Origin: Trichosphaerium sp. ATCC 40318
Lineage: Eukaryota; Protista; Tubulinea
DNA: 64,000 nt
Assembly (NCBI GenBank): GCA_038496445.1
Contig: JALMLS010000015.1
Location: forward strand, 1 to 64,000
Direction: 5' to 3'
Part shown: positions 17,110 to 28,219 of the stretch, one piece after another
How positions within the stretch are numbered: position 1 is the stretch's first letter
Layout: every line of letters starts with the position of its first letter
The notes under the pieces: generated by a model
What the model saw: the letters and a program-made list of their open reading frames with translations, nothing else
Database searches by the model: none
What the model was told of the DNA's origin: nothing
Program-made: the position numbers and the translations under genes

Positions 17110-17750
17110 TTAGTTTTTAGCTATCAAAATGACTTCATCCTCTTCGCTTGCAGTAGCAGCTGCGCCACGTTCAACTAGCTTAGTTGCGGTGGTGATTATA
17201 CCTTTTATGTCACCTGTCATTGCATCTATCGTTTTTCTAAGTTTTGCGACCTCTTTGTGTAACTCTGTATTCTCTCGTATTGCATCGTCGTACTTTCGTT
17301 TGACACCCCGCGTTTTTACTTGTTCCTCTTGTAAGTGGACTATTTGTGTTACTAGTTGTACTATGGTTTGCTTTATTGACTCGTCGCAGCGTTGCTAGGC
17401 ACGTGTAAGCGTTGGGGTATAACGCTCCAAAAAATAAAAGATGGCGACCAAAACACTGAAAAGAGCGATGCTCCATACGCAGTGAAATCCAACCGCAGAG
17501 AATCGCTCTTTACTGTGTATTTGATCAACAGAACGGTCTTTTCGTCTCCACCCTGCTCTAAAACGCAGCGGGAACCAGCCGCAGAGAAGTTTGAAGGCTT
17601 CCGTATCGTTCTTGCTTTATTTCGTGCCTGTTGCTCTTGTAGAGGTTTGGTATGAACTCTGACGAGTTGTCTAATACGATTCGACTGTGTAGGTTGTTTA
17701 GTCTGTGGCTGTGCGCTCATTTTTGCGTTCAAATAATTTTTTGGCGCCAT
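17110..17750 (-). CDS. Hypothetical protein with C-terminal coiled coil, 2 exons
   Basis: ORF 17750-~17475 plus a second exon (IVHLQEEQVKTRGVKRKYDDAIRENTELQKEVAKLRKT) ending TAA 17110-17112. Confidence 0.55.
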
Positions 17751-18366
17751 TTTTGTTAAGTCGGCTTCTAAGGTTTATTTATTCCTCAAATGTATTGGAT
17801 CACGCTATTTAGAGCCGTTTATTGCTTGTTTATTGAAAGCGGTAACGTCACGCACGTGAGAATTATAAGTGACTATTGAGCACGCGCCATACAAAGGTAA
17901 ATGTCGAGAACCAGGATAACCACTGTCTATCTTTCATTCTGATGAGCTAGCTATAATTGAGGGAGTGACGTGTATTAGGGAAACCCAAATATGTAGAACT
18001 TTGTCAAATAAAAGTCGAAAATTCAGCACACTAATTATCCTAAATTATGCCATAGGAACTATTTAGAAAGCCCCCCCCCTTTCAGGGCAGAGCCTAGAGG
18101 CGACTGACGCCATAACCCAGTTGTCTCCCTTTGTGGCGAACAGTTCAATATCACTTTGACATTTTTTCGACTTTTTTTTCGACATTTTAGTACACCATAG
18201 AATGGACGCCAGCAAGTGCCTTTAAATCATAATCATTTATAGCAGTACTTTTATCCCATAGTGCAAATGATCTTTTTTTAAATGATGTATCTAAATTGCG
18301 ACACCCAGATAGTAATGAATACAGAGTATTGTTTTCAAAAACAGTCATAACTATTCTAGTTGGTCA

Positions 18367-18447
18367 TTATACCGTTGTATTGTCTAACCTGAGAATGTCT
18401 GGGATGTCATAAATGTATATTGTCTTGTATCCAACAACATCATGGAT
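18367..18447 (-). pseudogene. Fragment of the F-box/LRR gene (HDVVGYK..IYDIPDIL..QYNG), left side of the inversion
   Basis: Close DNA match to 54140-54223. Confidence 0.85.
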
Positions 18448-19130
18448 CATAGAACGGCAGCGTTTCTACTCAAACGGCTGCCTTGAGGGAGACGACATGA
18501 GTTGGTATCCGAATGGAATAATGAAGACGCATGATCGATACGTAAACTACCTCAAAGAGGGCAACAGTTTCACGTGGCACCCTAAAGCTAGAGATAGCAT
18601 GCCAGTACAGCCACGGTGCACTCGAGGCACACTATAACCGGTGGCACGATAATGGCCGTATTGCTGATTACCTCTTCTGCGTCAATGGTAACATCGAAGG
18701 ATACAGCACCTCTTGGTTCGAAAACGGCCAAATACTGTAACGTTTTCATCATGTCAATGGTAAAAACATGGTACTATAAGATTTGGTACTTCAACTGGCA
18801 ATTGACGCAACAGGGTGCATTGTTCAATGACATCTGCGAAGGCTGGAACCTAAAATGGCATGCAAATGGTATTCCTGAAGAGCGCAGCTACTACGTCAAT
18901 GGCAAGCTCAATGGAGAGTAAAACCGTTGGTATCGCCACGGCCAATCACTCGTTCATTCTCATTACGTGGACATTCTACATGGCCAACACACGGAATGGT
19001 ATGAAGATGGACAGATGGAACAGAAGTTTCATCTACAAGACTGGGGAACTACACGGAATGTGCACTTGGTGGCACTAAAATGGTAGCCAGAAGAAAGGTC
19101 ATTTTGGGAATGATAAACCTAACGGCGGGA
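18448..19130 (+). pseudogene. MORN-variant repeat gene, 3' part (inverted; stops and frameshifts)
   Basis: WYPNG/WHANG/YVNGKLNGE repeats across ORFs 18413, 18616 and 18860, broken by frameshifts and stops. Confidence 0.85.
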
Positions 19131-19231
19131 GTGGGTAAAATCTGCAAGTATGATGGAAGTGCTTTTTCTCGCACACCGTCAACAAATTGAGTCCTCAGTC
19201 GCCGGACGTGGGCTATAGCACCCGGTCCTCA

Positions 19232-19317
19232 TAGGTTATCTCAACGATTCTAAATCATACAGATGCATAAACAGGATTTGCTGTTGTTCGGTCATGTCGT
19301 TTGATGGCTGATATCAT
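19232..19317 (+). pseudogene. F-box fragment of the LRR gene (VISTILNHTDA*TGFAVVRSCRLMADI), inside the inversion
   Basis: Reverse-complement match to 54222-54305. Confidence 0.85.
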
Positions 19318-19565
19318 GCCGTTTTGGTACAATTCGGTAATTCTCCATCAAGATCCCCATTTGTAAAGTGCCGTAGCTCCTTAATATGGCCGTTTGAATG
19401 CCACTTTTTCCCATGGGCAGTTGGTTCCAGGTTATTATTGTACCTGAAACTTGCCGTGAATTTGTTCAAAATTGGCCATTTTTGATAGATCTCTCCAGTC
19501 GAATCCAGATCGACTATGTTTAACAGTATTTCTACTGGAAGTTGAAGTAAGCGTGAGTTGTCCAT
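19316..19565 (-). pseudogene. F-box-like N-terminus and first repeats of the MORN-variant gene
   Basis: MDNSRLLQLPVEILLNIV..WPILNK..KKWHSNGHIKELRHFTNG, parallel to the N-terminus of the 51733 ORF. Confidence 0.8.
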
Positions 19566-19638
19566 TACTGCGTAGGTATGTGAATCTATTGTGTGTTTGG
19601 TACATTAGAAAACGATTTGGCACTCTTTAGCTGTACGC

Positions 19639-19710
19639 TACCTTTTGGTATTGGGAAGGGTTTACAGTTTTCGATACCTTTTGGTATTGGGAAGGGTTTA
19701 CAGTTTTCGA
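19639..19710. repeat. Perfect tandem duplication of a 36-bp unit
   Basis: TACCTTTTGGTATTGGGAAGGGTTTACAGTTTTCGA at 19639-19674 and 19675-19710. Confidence 0.95.
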
Positions 19711-20224
19711 GGAGAAGGTGCGATTTGCGTTGTGTTTCTCGTAGTTAAGGTCGAATTAAGTTGAATTCTATTTTTGCTTGATTTCAACTTTTCAATTATC
19801 AATCAAACATGTTTGTTAGTTTGGATGTTATTGTTCTTTGTTAGAAGTGTCTCAGGCCTCGGCGGTTTAGTTTGTATCTATGGGTTTCACTCTCGTTTCT
19901 ATTGTATCAAAAGCTGCTAGACACTAAACAATTTTTTTCTGAAAAGTTTACTTTGCTTGTTCCTTTTGGATCACTGGCGAAGTCACGTGGTTAAAAGAGC
20001 CAATGATCCAATTCAACGAGGCCATCAAGATATAAGGAAGCTAGAGTTATTACAATCATGTCATTGGTGATAAGAACGTGAGTTTATTTTACACAAAGGC
20101 AAGCTATTGTAATTACAATACTCCTACTAGGTGGTGTTTCCGTGTAGAACTGGTTCAGAATTTGCAAGATTGGGTGATAAAGCACCGAGTGGACTCTAGA
20201 ACGGAAAAACATTAATCAAACTAC

Positions 20225-21190
20225 TTGTCCGTTTGAAGATATTGTGGTTTCCGTTCTACTACCAGCATTTGGGTAATCCAAATACACTTTGATTACGTCA
20301 GCAACCAGAGGGTCAGTGTCAGGAGCTTGCAAAAAAGACGGTGTTGGATACAAGAAGATCTACATTTATGACATTCCAGACATTTTCAAGATTAGACAGT
20401 ACAATGGTGTAATGAACAATACCATTGTTGTCATGAAAGTAGAGAACAATTTATTGTTTTCTATTATCTGGGTGTCGTAATGTTGATACAGATTTTAGAA
20501 GAAGTACCTCTGAAGCATACAAAGAAAGTAGTGTCATCAATGACTTTGATCTCAAAGAGCTTGCAGGTGTCCACACTATTTGTCTTAACCGTTGTAAACA
20601 TGTGACAGATGAGGTATCAAGGCATTGTCTGGAGTTCATACAATTGACCGTTGGTCGACTTCGGTATTAGATGATGGCGTCATAGCACTAAAGGGAGCTC
20701 ATGATATTAGAGTGGCTTTTTGTAAAAATGTGACAGATGAAGGTATCAAAGCACTTGCTGGTATTCATACCATTGATCTTGCAGCCTGACCCAACGTGAC
20801 AGATAAAGCCATCACAGCAAAGTGTCGTTCATACAATCAATCTAGCGGACACATCAGTAACAGATGACTGTCTCAAAGAACTCAAAGTAGTTCATGCTAT
20901 TTACCTCGGTACTTCAGTGACATATGAAGGTATTAAAGCACTCAAAGGTATTCATACTATTTACCTTGATGATACCTCAGTGACAGATGAAGGTATCAAA
21001 GCACTTGCTGGAGTTCATACTATTCACCTTGGGCGTACATCAGTAACTGATGAAGGCATTGAAGCGCTGGCCGGAGTTCATGTTATTGACCTTTCCCACA
21101 CTTTTGTGACAGACAAAGGTATAAAAGCACTAGTGGGTGCTTACGCCATTTATCTCGAAGGCACTGTGGTATCAGATAAAGGTATACATA
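20225..21190 (+). pseudogene. Degenerate F-box/LRR paralog of the 53240-54693 gene
   Basis: From 20342 it follows the intact gene closely (VGYKKIYIYDIPD..VTDEGIKALAGVHTI) with frameshifts and an in-frame TGA near 20787. Confidence 0.9.
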
Positions 21191-21908
21191 CAACTTTGAT
21201 AGCATTTGTGGGTTGTTATGAAACCAGAATTAGTAGCTCTAAGGTAGACAATCTGGCAATACTGCGCACACAAAATGCAGGCGGTAGGTTTCTATGTTGT
21301 TTTACGAGCACGTGACAAATATCGCTTTTATTGCCACCAAAGTAAACCGTCAAGATTTGTGAGTGACGGATGAAACGTTAAAGGCACACGAAAGATGAGA
21401 ATACTAGGTTTTGAGATATCTGTTTATTTAGGCTGCAAGAACGGTTACAATCTCATGAATGATCTCATGAACTCTCTCATGAAGGTTGAGAATGTTGTCA
21501 GGAATATGCGAGTAATCTGTTTTATGAATTATCTTTAATGTGAATGAGGTCTTGTCAGTCTCCTAATCGTGACAGAGAATACGTGTAAGAGAGACGTGAC
21601 CTTAGTTGTAGGATAACAGCGTGTTTATTAAAGGTTGTTACATAATTCAGAGAATATTACTGTTAATTCAATCGATCAATTGAAATTGAACTGTGTTTAG
21701 AAGCTTCGCCACAGTTTAGTGCGTTCTTTCGTAGAATCATATTGATGCCTAGGCGCTTGTTACTAATAGCTTGTTAGTGACTTGACAGGTGACTGTCTTA
21801 GGAATAAAATAGCGAAAAGATATCAGTTTTCAAAAAACCAGTACAACACGAAATTCGTCCACAATGTTGAATTCTCGAATACGGTATCAAAATCCCAACA
21901 ACACAACA

Positions 21909-23018
21909 ATGCAACGCATAGACTACGACGCATTTTATGAGATTATTGGCTATCTGTCCGGAACAGACGTTTACCGTACTCTCGTCTACGTTTCATCCAA
22001 ATTTCACGCAGACGTGCTCAATGCAAACTCTGGGTTGTGGAAAAAACTGTGTTTTCAAGATTTTGGCTTTGTGGGTTCATCTGAACTCGCATACAAGGAT
22101 AAATGGGTCGGTTTTTACAAATATAAGCACTCAACCTTCGAATACTGCGAAGAAAACATTCACGTACCTCAGACAGCGCCTGGGACAACAAAATTACGCA
22201 TAGTGGATGATTTTTTAACTGGTTTGCTACATGGGACCTCTAAACTCCTTTGCGTGGTTCCTAAGGCGTTTTCGTGGTCTCTCATACGTCTGGTGAGGCT
22301 CTATGGCAACAAGAAACCTGATTTATCAATGATATCAAGTATTTCTTCCCAACTCAACGAAGGTTTGATAGACATCGATATCAAGCTTGCAGACCAGTTC
22401 TCACCACTTCTCGAATGCTTTGAAGGAGGAGAATACGGTCTAAGACTAGTTCAAAGCAGAGAAAAGGAGAAAAAGCCAGTTTATGTAGGAAGCGAACCTG
22501 TTCCTTTTCCAACTTTTGTTCCTTACCGCCAAGGAGGAGACCACACGTACTACCAGCCAGGCGACATCGATAACAATGTGTACGGATGTGCGAACTTGAC
22601 ATACTTCACTCAGAGGATGCATGATAGTGAAGGCAATCCCACAAATCTTTGTTCAGATGAGCGTATACAATATTACAAAAAAAAAATAAGTGAAGGATCA
22701 CGACCTATTATCTTCGCCATACGGCTCAGAGATGATATTATTATTTTGGATGGTCACCATAAGTTCCTAGCTTATAACAGATACTTTAGTGAGCTTGAGC
22801 CACCAATACTATACGTTTTTAAAAGAGGACACAGCGAGAATTCGTGGCAATGGAAACGTTCAAATAATGGTAATTTATTCACGTGGGTTTGGGCAAACAA
22901 AAATCTTAAAAGTAGTCTAACAGATGTCGAAAAGGATATTCTTGATCCAAAAATAGATAGTCTTGATACTATCGTTACTGATCTTAATCTTACCCTGGAG
23001 CATCCACCAAAAAGTTAA
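21909..23018 (+). CDS. Intronless F-box protein with C-terminal ParB/Sulfiredoxin-like domain
   Basis: N-terminal IDYDAFYEIIGYL..LVYVSSKF..LWKKLCFQDF (F-box); C-terminal DERIQYYKKKISEGSRPIIF..IILDGHHKFLAY; the ORF track starts at 21864. Confidence 0.7.
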   Translation: MQRIDYDAFYEIIGYLSGTDVYRTLVYVSSKFHADVLNANSGLWKKLCFQDFGFVGSSELAYKDKWVGFYKYKHSTFEYCEENIHVPQTAPGTTKLRIVDDFLTGLLHGTSKLLCVVPKAFSWSLIRLVRLYGNKKPDLSMISSISSQLNEGLIDIDIKLADQFSPLLECFEGGEYGLRLVQSREKEKKPVYVGSEPVPFPTFVPYRQGGDHTYYQPGDIDNNVYGCANLTYFTQRMHDSEGNPTNLCSDERIQYYKKKISEGSRPIIFAIRLRDDIIILDGHHKFLAYNRYFSELEPPILYVFKRGHSENSWQWKRSNNGNLFTWVWANKNLKSSLTDVEKDILDPKIDSLDTIVTDLNLTLEHPPKS

Positions 23019-23363
23019 CTTAAAAAACCCTTACAAATAAAACACTATTTTGTAGTTACACAGCATTAAGTACTGAATACTCGCAACAAACAACGAGCAA
23101 GAGTGATCCAACTGTTAGTATCACGGTTTACTACTTGAGCAAGAGTACAAAGATGCTCTAGCCTGTCAACAGTGAGCATTGCGAACAAAGACATAAAATA
23201 GTTCTACTGTATTACAAGAGTTTAACAAGCAAGTGACAGAAGGCATAAAGTACATAATTCTGTTCATTTAATACATATTTAACAATGTCAAGCTTGTACA
23301 CATAGTTGAACAGAAGAAAAGCTAGATGGCAGCGGAAGTTTGCTTAAGTAAAGAAATATTAAA

Positions 23364-26004
23364 TTACTTAGCACACGGCTGAGGGACCATGACAGGTTGT
23401 GTGTTACCACTACAGGAATAATGAGATTAGTACTGTTTTGGTATTTTGTGAAAAAATAGTAAGGCGTACGTTAGGTTACTTTTCAAGCCGGCCATTGAAA
23501 TTGCAGATACACTGAGTGCTTTAGCGATATCCGAGTTTTCAACGCATCTTTCAGTTGCTTGATCCATAGACATACAATTCAATACACCATAGAGCATAGG
23601 CACACCTGTTTGTAATTGTGCTTGCATGATACCCTAAAAGAGGGTGACAACTTATTCATAGCAAGAAAAACGTTTCAGATTTTTTGTCAAAAAACCGTTT
23701 GTTAAGCACGTGACCAGGATCAACGTGTGGCATGGTTTCTAGTTTGAGTATTACGTACATTAGAGACTGCTTTAGATATGTATTCAAAGTGTTTTGTCTC
23801 GCCCTTGATGAGGACACCCAAGCAAATGATAGCATCCACGTTTCCACGTTCAGCTACGTATTTGGCTGCAAGAGGAAGTTCAAAAGATCCAGGGACTGTT
23901 ACTTCATCAATATTTGCAAGGTCTACTTTGGATTCTAGCAAACTAGATTTTACTCTGTCTGCTAGCGGGCCTTGAAAACACATGTTAGAATAATTTTTTT
24001 CGCTTGTTTCTTGAGTGTTTGTTTTAAAGCGCACCAACGACAGATTCATTCCAAGCAGTACGCAAGATTGTGAAGCGCATCTTACTAACGTGTTCTGTAT
24101 GTGGTGTAAATAATGGCGCTTCTTTGGCGTGTACATGACGAAGAATACTTTCTGGAACACCTACGATTTTAAATTAGTACCTTTAAAATTAAGCTTTAGC
24201 TTCATCTTGAACTCATTGTGAACTCATTTGTTCAAGTGTACCTTGTTCTTTGAATTTAGATTCCAGGTACTTTGTGTTATGTTCGTGCTTATCTGTTAAG
24301 ATATGTGTTTGCTTTGAATAAAGAGAACCTAATGCTTTTACTTTCTTAGGATTATTTGTCAGTATATCAACACTTTTGATCCCCAAGTCCTTCAAAATTG
24401 CAACAGGTATTGTATAATCTCTCAAATCCTTAGGAAATCCCAAAGCCTCATTTGCCTACACGAAATTTTAAAATGAGTGCCGGTACTGAACCAGAAATGT
24501 TTGAAATTGGAAAGGGTTTATCAAAATCTTGCTTGTTGTTTTGTTCATTTTATTTACCTTGTACGTATCAAGTCCTTCTGATTGTAATTTGTATGCTTTC
24601 ACCTTTTGCAAAAGACCAATACCACGACCTTCATGACCTCCAACATATATAACTACACCGCTACCTAAAAACCTGAGTTTAGCAACATTTATTATTTTCC
24701 TTTTTTATTCTTACCTCTCTTATTGATTATTTCCACAGCACGAACAAATTGTGGCATACAATCACAACGAATAGAACCCAGGATGTGGCCTGTAAAGCAT
24801 TCAGAGTGCATGCGTGTCAGAACGTCTTCCTGGCCAGAAACTTGTAAAAAATAAGATGCCTTGCGAAACTCTTCAATAGTTTGTTAATAGTATCTCACCT
24901 GATCCCTTCATGAGTACACTGTGATATTCACTCCCGTTTTTAGCCTCATATAGCTTTAAAGTCCAGTTTCCGTAGAAGATATCATTGAATTTAACTGGAA
25001 TTTCACACTCTGCGACTTTTGAGACTAATGATTCTGGACTCTGCGACAAAGCTGATACAAATGGTCCTAGGTTATTCTAGAAAAATAATATTAGTAACGT
25101 ATGAACGTTACAGACACTTTAATTTACAAAACGCAGTAATTAACCGCTTCTACCGAAAATAAAAAACTAATCAAGTTAAAATTGATAAAAAACCCACGCA
25201 CTATTGTTCTATAACGCGCCAATTGCTCTATATTTATGATAGGTAATTTCAATTTTTTTGCCAAGTCTTCACAAGCTGGGAGTCTCATCATAGTTCCATC
25301 ATCATGTTGTAACTCACATACAAGTCCTTTAAAAATTAATTTAAGAGGTTGATATGGTAAATTCGAACATACCAACTGGACGACATTTGGAGAGGCGACA
25401 CAAGTCTAATGCTGCTTCTGTGTGCCCTCTACGCTCTAAAACACCTCCCTCACGAGCCTATAAATAAATTAAACGGGCTGTTTTAAAGTTGGAAAGTAAA
25501 CAAAGCACGTGCCACTAGAGGGAAGATGTGACCTGGTTTTTGCATGTCACCTGCTAATGTATTTGGGTCTGCAAGTGCGTTTATTGTTAAACAGCGGTTC
25601 TTTGCTGATACGCCGGTGCCTATTTGGTGAAATTGTAAGTTCAGACATAAATATAATTACCCCGACATTACTATGTAACGAGACGAGCGTAAAAAGCTTT
25701 TTAATACAATAAAAAACGCACCTGCGTCTTTATGATCTGTTGTAATCGTAAACGCCGTTTGGTGAGCGTCTGTGTTATGCACAACCATTGGAGTGAGTCC
25801 TAGGCTGAGTGCCCGTTGTTTAAGCATGGGAGTGCATAGAATACCAGTCGTATAGCGTAAAATTGTAACTATGTCACTCTCTTTCGCGTGCTCTGCCGCC
25901 ATAATGAAGTCTCCTTCGTTTTCGCGGTCTTCATCATCCATAACAACAACAATACCACCATCGCGAAAGTGTTCTAGTGCGTCTTGAATAGAAGAGAAAG
26001 ACAT
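23364..26004 (-). CDS. Trifunctional riboflavin biosynthesis protein: DHBP synthase (RibB) + GTP cyclohydrolase II (RibA) + lumazine synthase (RibH)
   Basis: [10 protein letters not shown] and PGHIFPL|[15 protein letters not shown] (RibB); [28 protein letters not shown] (RibA); [34 protein letters not shown] (RibH); continuous frame after splicing. Confidence 0.9.
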
Positions 26005-26170
26005 GTTTCTTCAAAGCGTTTGTAAAGTGTAAGAATCGGCGGAATTAGGTCGTCAAATTGTTCGAGTTTGTGCGAGCGCTGGTCAAGTTTTGTCGTATTA
26101 ATTGTCATTCAAAAACCCTACATAAAGAAGCTATCTGTTGTTGTAACTCTAACATGCGATATAGTCAGAA

Positions 26171-28148
26171 ATGACGAAAAAGAACATAGATTTTGGTAAT
26201 TTAACGGGCAACACTCCTTATTTTGCTTATTCTTTCCAAATAGATACCAATCAGTTCTTACATGGCGCTGCCAAGTCGATTGATGCAGATTTCTTTCTAC
26301 ATTATAGGAGAACTGAAGAGGTCGTAGAGCAGCTGCCAGGTATTTACTAGGCGTAACAGCGTATATTGATAGTGTTTTGTTAGATTTAAGCTTCGAAGTT
26401 ACCAAAACGTTCAATAATCTACTACTCAAGCATAGAGCCCAACGAATATTGAAGTTAACACGGTACGCGTTTATTTTGTACTGTAAATTCCTCACTCTTG
26501 GTACATACAGTCTGGGCGTTGAAAATTGCCGTGATACAGGCCCTTCGTCGTTCTACCCATACGAAAAAATACTCACAGTCTCCATGCGCGATTTGGAGAC
26601 CTTTGTTATCACCTACTATGGAGCAAAGTACGCGTCAAATTAAAAGTCACCAGTGCAAGACAGTGATAAACTAACATGTCACCTAGGCACATGTATGTCT
26701 ATTCTAGCCCTATAGGCATGCAAATCGTGCAAGAGATCAACACAAGACGCGCATTACAAGCAGCTACAGCAAAACATAAGAATGTAGTTGATGCAGAAAA
26801 TGAAGTAAGCCAAAAAACTTGAGATGAGTCAGTTTGTTTACTCTTTTAAGAAGCCTAAGCCAGCAAGAATGTCTAGATTAGTTATAGGCACTAGAACTAG
26901 AGTGAGAAGCTCATCCTTGCCTGAGCTTATAACGCCTACAACAACAGAACAAGAAACTGAAGCATCTAAAGATGTAATACAAGATCAAGACTGCGAAACA
27001 GCATCTACTAAGCGTAGATCAAAGTCTAAGAGGAAACTATTTGGTCTATTGGGTAATTCTCAGGTGCAAAGGATGGAAGCAGCTGTACTAAAGTACGCAG
27101 AGCGAAGACTCAACTAATTCTTGTGTTCCAAGTTTTTTTGTTTATTTTTTGGTTCATGTTTGTTTAACTCGTAGAATAGGATTGTTATTGACAAGTCTAC
27201 CAAGGGTGGTAGGGCTTTACATCATTTTTGGGAGCATCAAGAATTACTTGAAAAAAATGAAGCAACTGCACTAATCAATACAAGAGCTTTTATTGATAAT
27301 TTAAGAAGTCATATTTTAGAAGCCAACTCTAAGGAGCTTAAAAAAATTATGGTTGGTGAATCTAATCACCTGTTATCTGTTGTGACAGGACAGGTGCGTT
27401 ATTTTTCATTAGAAAACTGAGCAGAGTTGATGTTTTAAATCAATTGTTCATTATTTTGTTTAGGCACTAGAAACGTGTATTCTTGCTCCAATAAATAACA
27501 CACTCCTTGCCATTGCTGGAAGGCGTACGCGTAGCGTTGGTAGCCTTGTTAGGAAAGGCCAATATATGTTAGTCAATAAAACGCAACTAGATATTGGCGT
27601 ACCAGTACGTTAACCAAGTAATAGATTTGTTTTTGTGTCTAACATTTTTCTGAAAAAGAAGCACTTGTGTAGCAAGAATGATTTTAAACTTGCCGTGATG
27701 GATCTTAATGAGATAGAGTCAGCAGCTACACCTCATGAGAAATTACAAACTATTTTACGTGCCGTTAAAACAGCACTTAACCAGGTATGTTAAAAAAATA
27801 CAAAAGAAATTTATCTCTTTAATACTCCGTTGAGTTAAAACTTTTTTAGATTCGTGCACAGACACCTGATGTTGTTGTTAGCCAAGATGACTTTTTACCA
27901 ATTTTTATATTCATAGCAGTACGCTGTGATCCTCAGAACCTTGCACAACTTGATTTGTATCTATGGGAACTTAGTGGTTCGTATTTCTTTGAAATACTTT
28001 TGGGTTTTTTTCAAATTTTTTGTTCGTTGCTCTAATGCTTTAAACAGACCAAAAGGTGCTTAGTGGTGAAGAAGGATATTATTTAACAACATTTTCTTCT
28101 GTTGTAGAGTACCTTAAGAAGATAGGTTCAGGTGAGGTTGTATTGTAA
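26171..28148 (+). CDS. VPS9-domain Rab5 GEF, multi-exon
   Basis: TPHEKLQTI, SQDDFLPIFIFIAVR, GEEGYYLTTF motifs; stop TAA 28146-28148. Confidence 0.85.
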
Positions 28149-28219
28149 ACAAAGAGATGACTGCCACGTGTTCTTTTTTGTACAAAGAAAATAAACTAAT
28201 AATATTGTATTTTTCATTA

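Noticed and set aside
19639-19710. 36-bp direct repeat as a CRISPR array
   Set aside because: Only two adjacent copies, no spacer, no cas genes, eukaryotic context
18448-21190. In-frame stops as a reassigned genetic code or readthrough
   Set aside because: Stops come with frameshifts and are confined to degenerate copies; conserved genes use TAA, TAG and TGA as normal terminators
21451-21483. Three TCTCATGAA copies
   Set aside because: Short slippage-type repeat with no supporting context
17800-21850. Autonomous transposon, Helitron or provirus explaining the island
   Set aside because: No transposase, Rep/helicase, integrase or capsid ORF, and no convincing terminal repeats or target-site duplication found by eye
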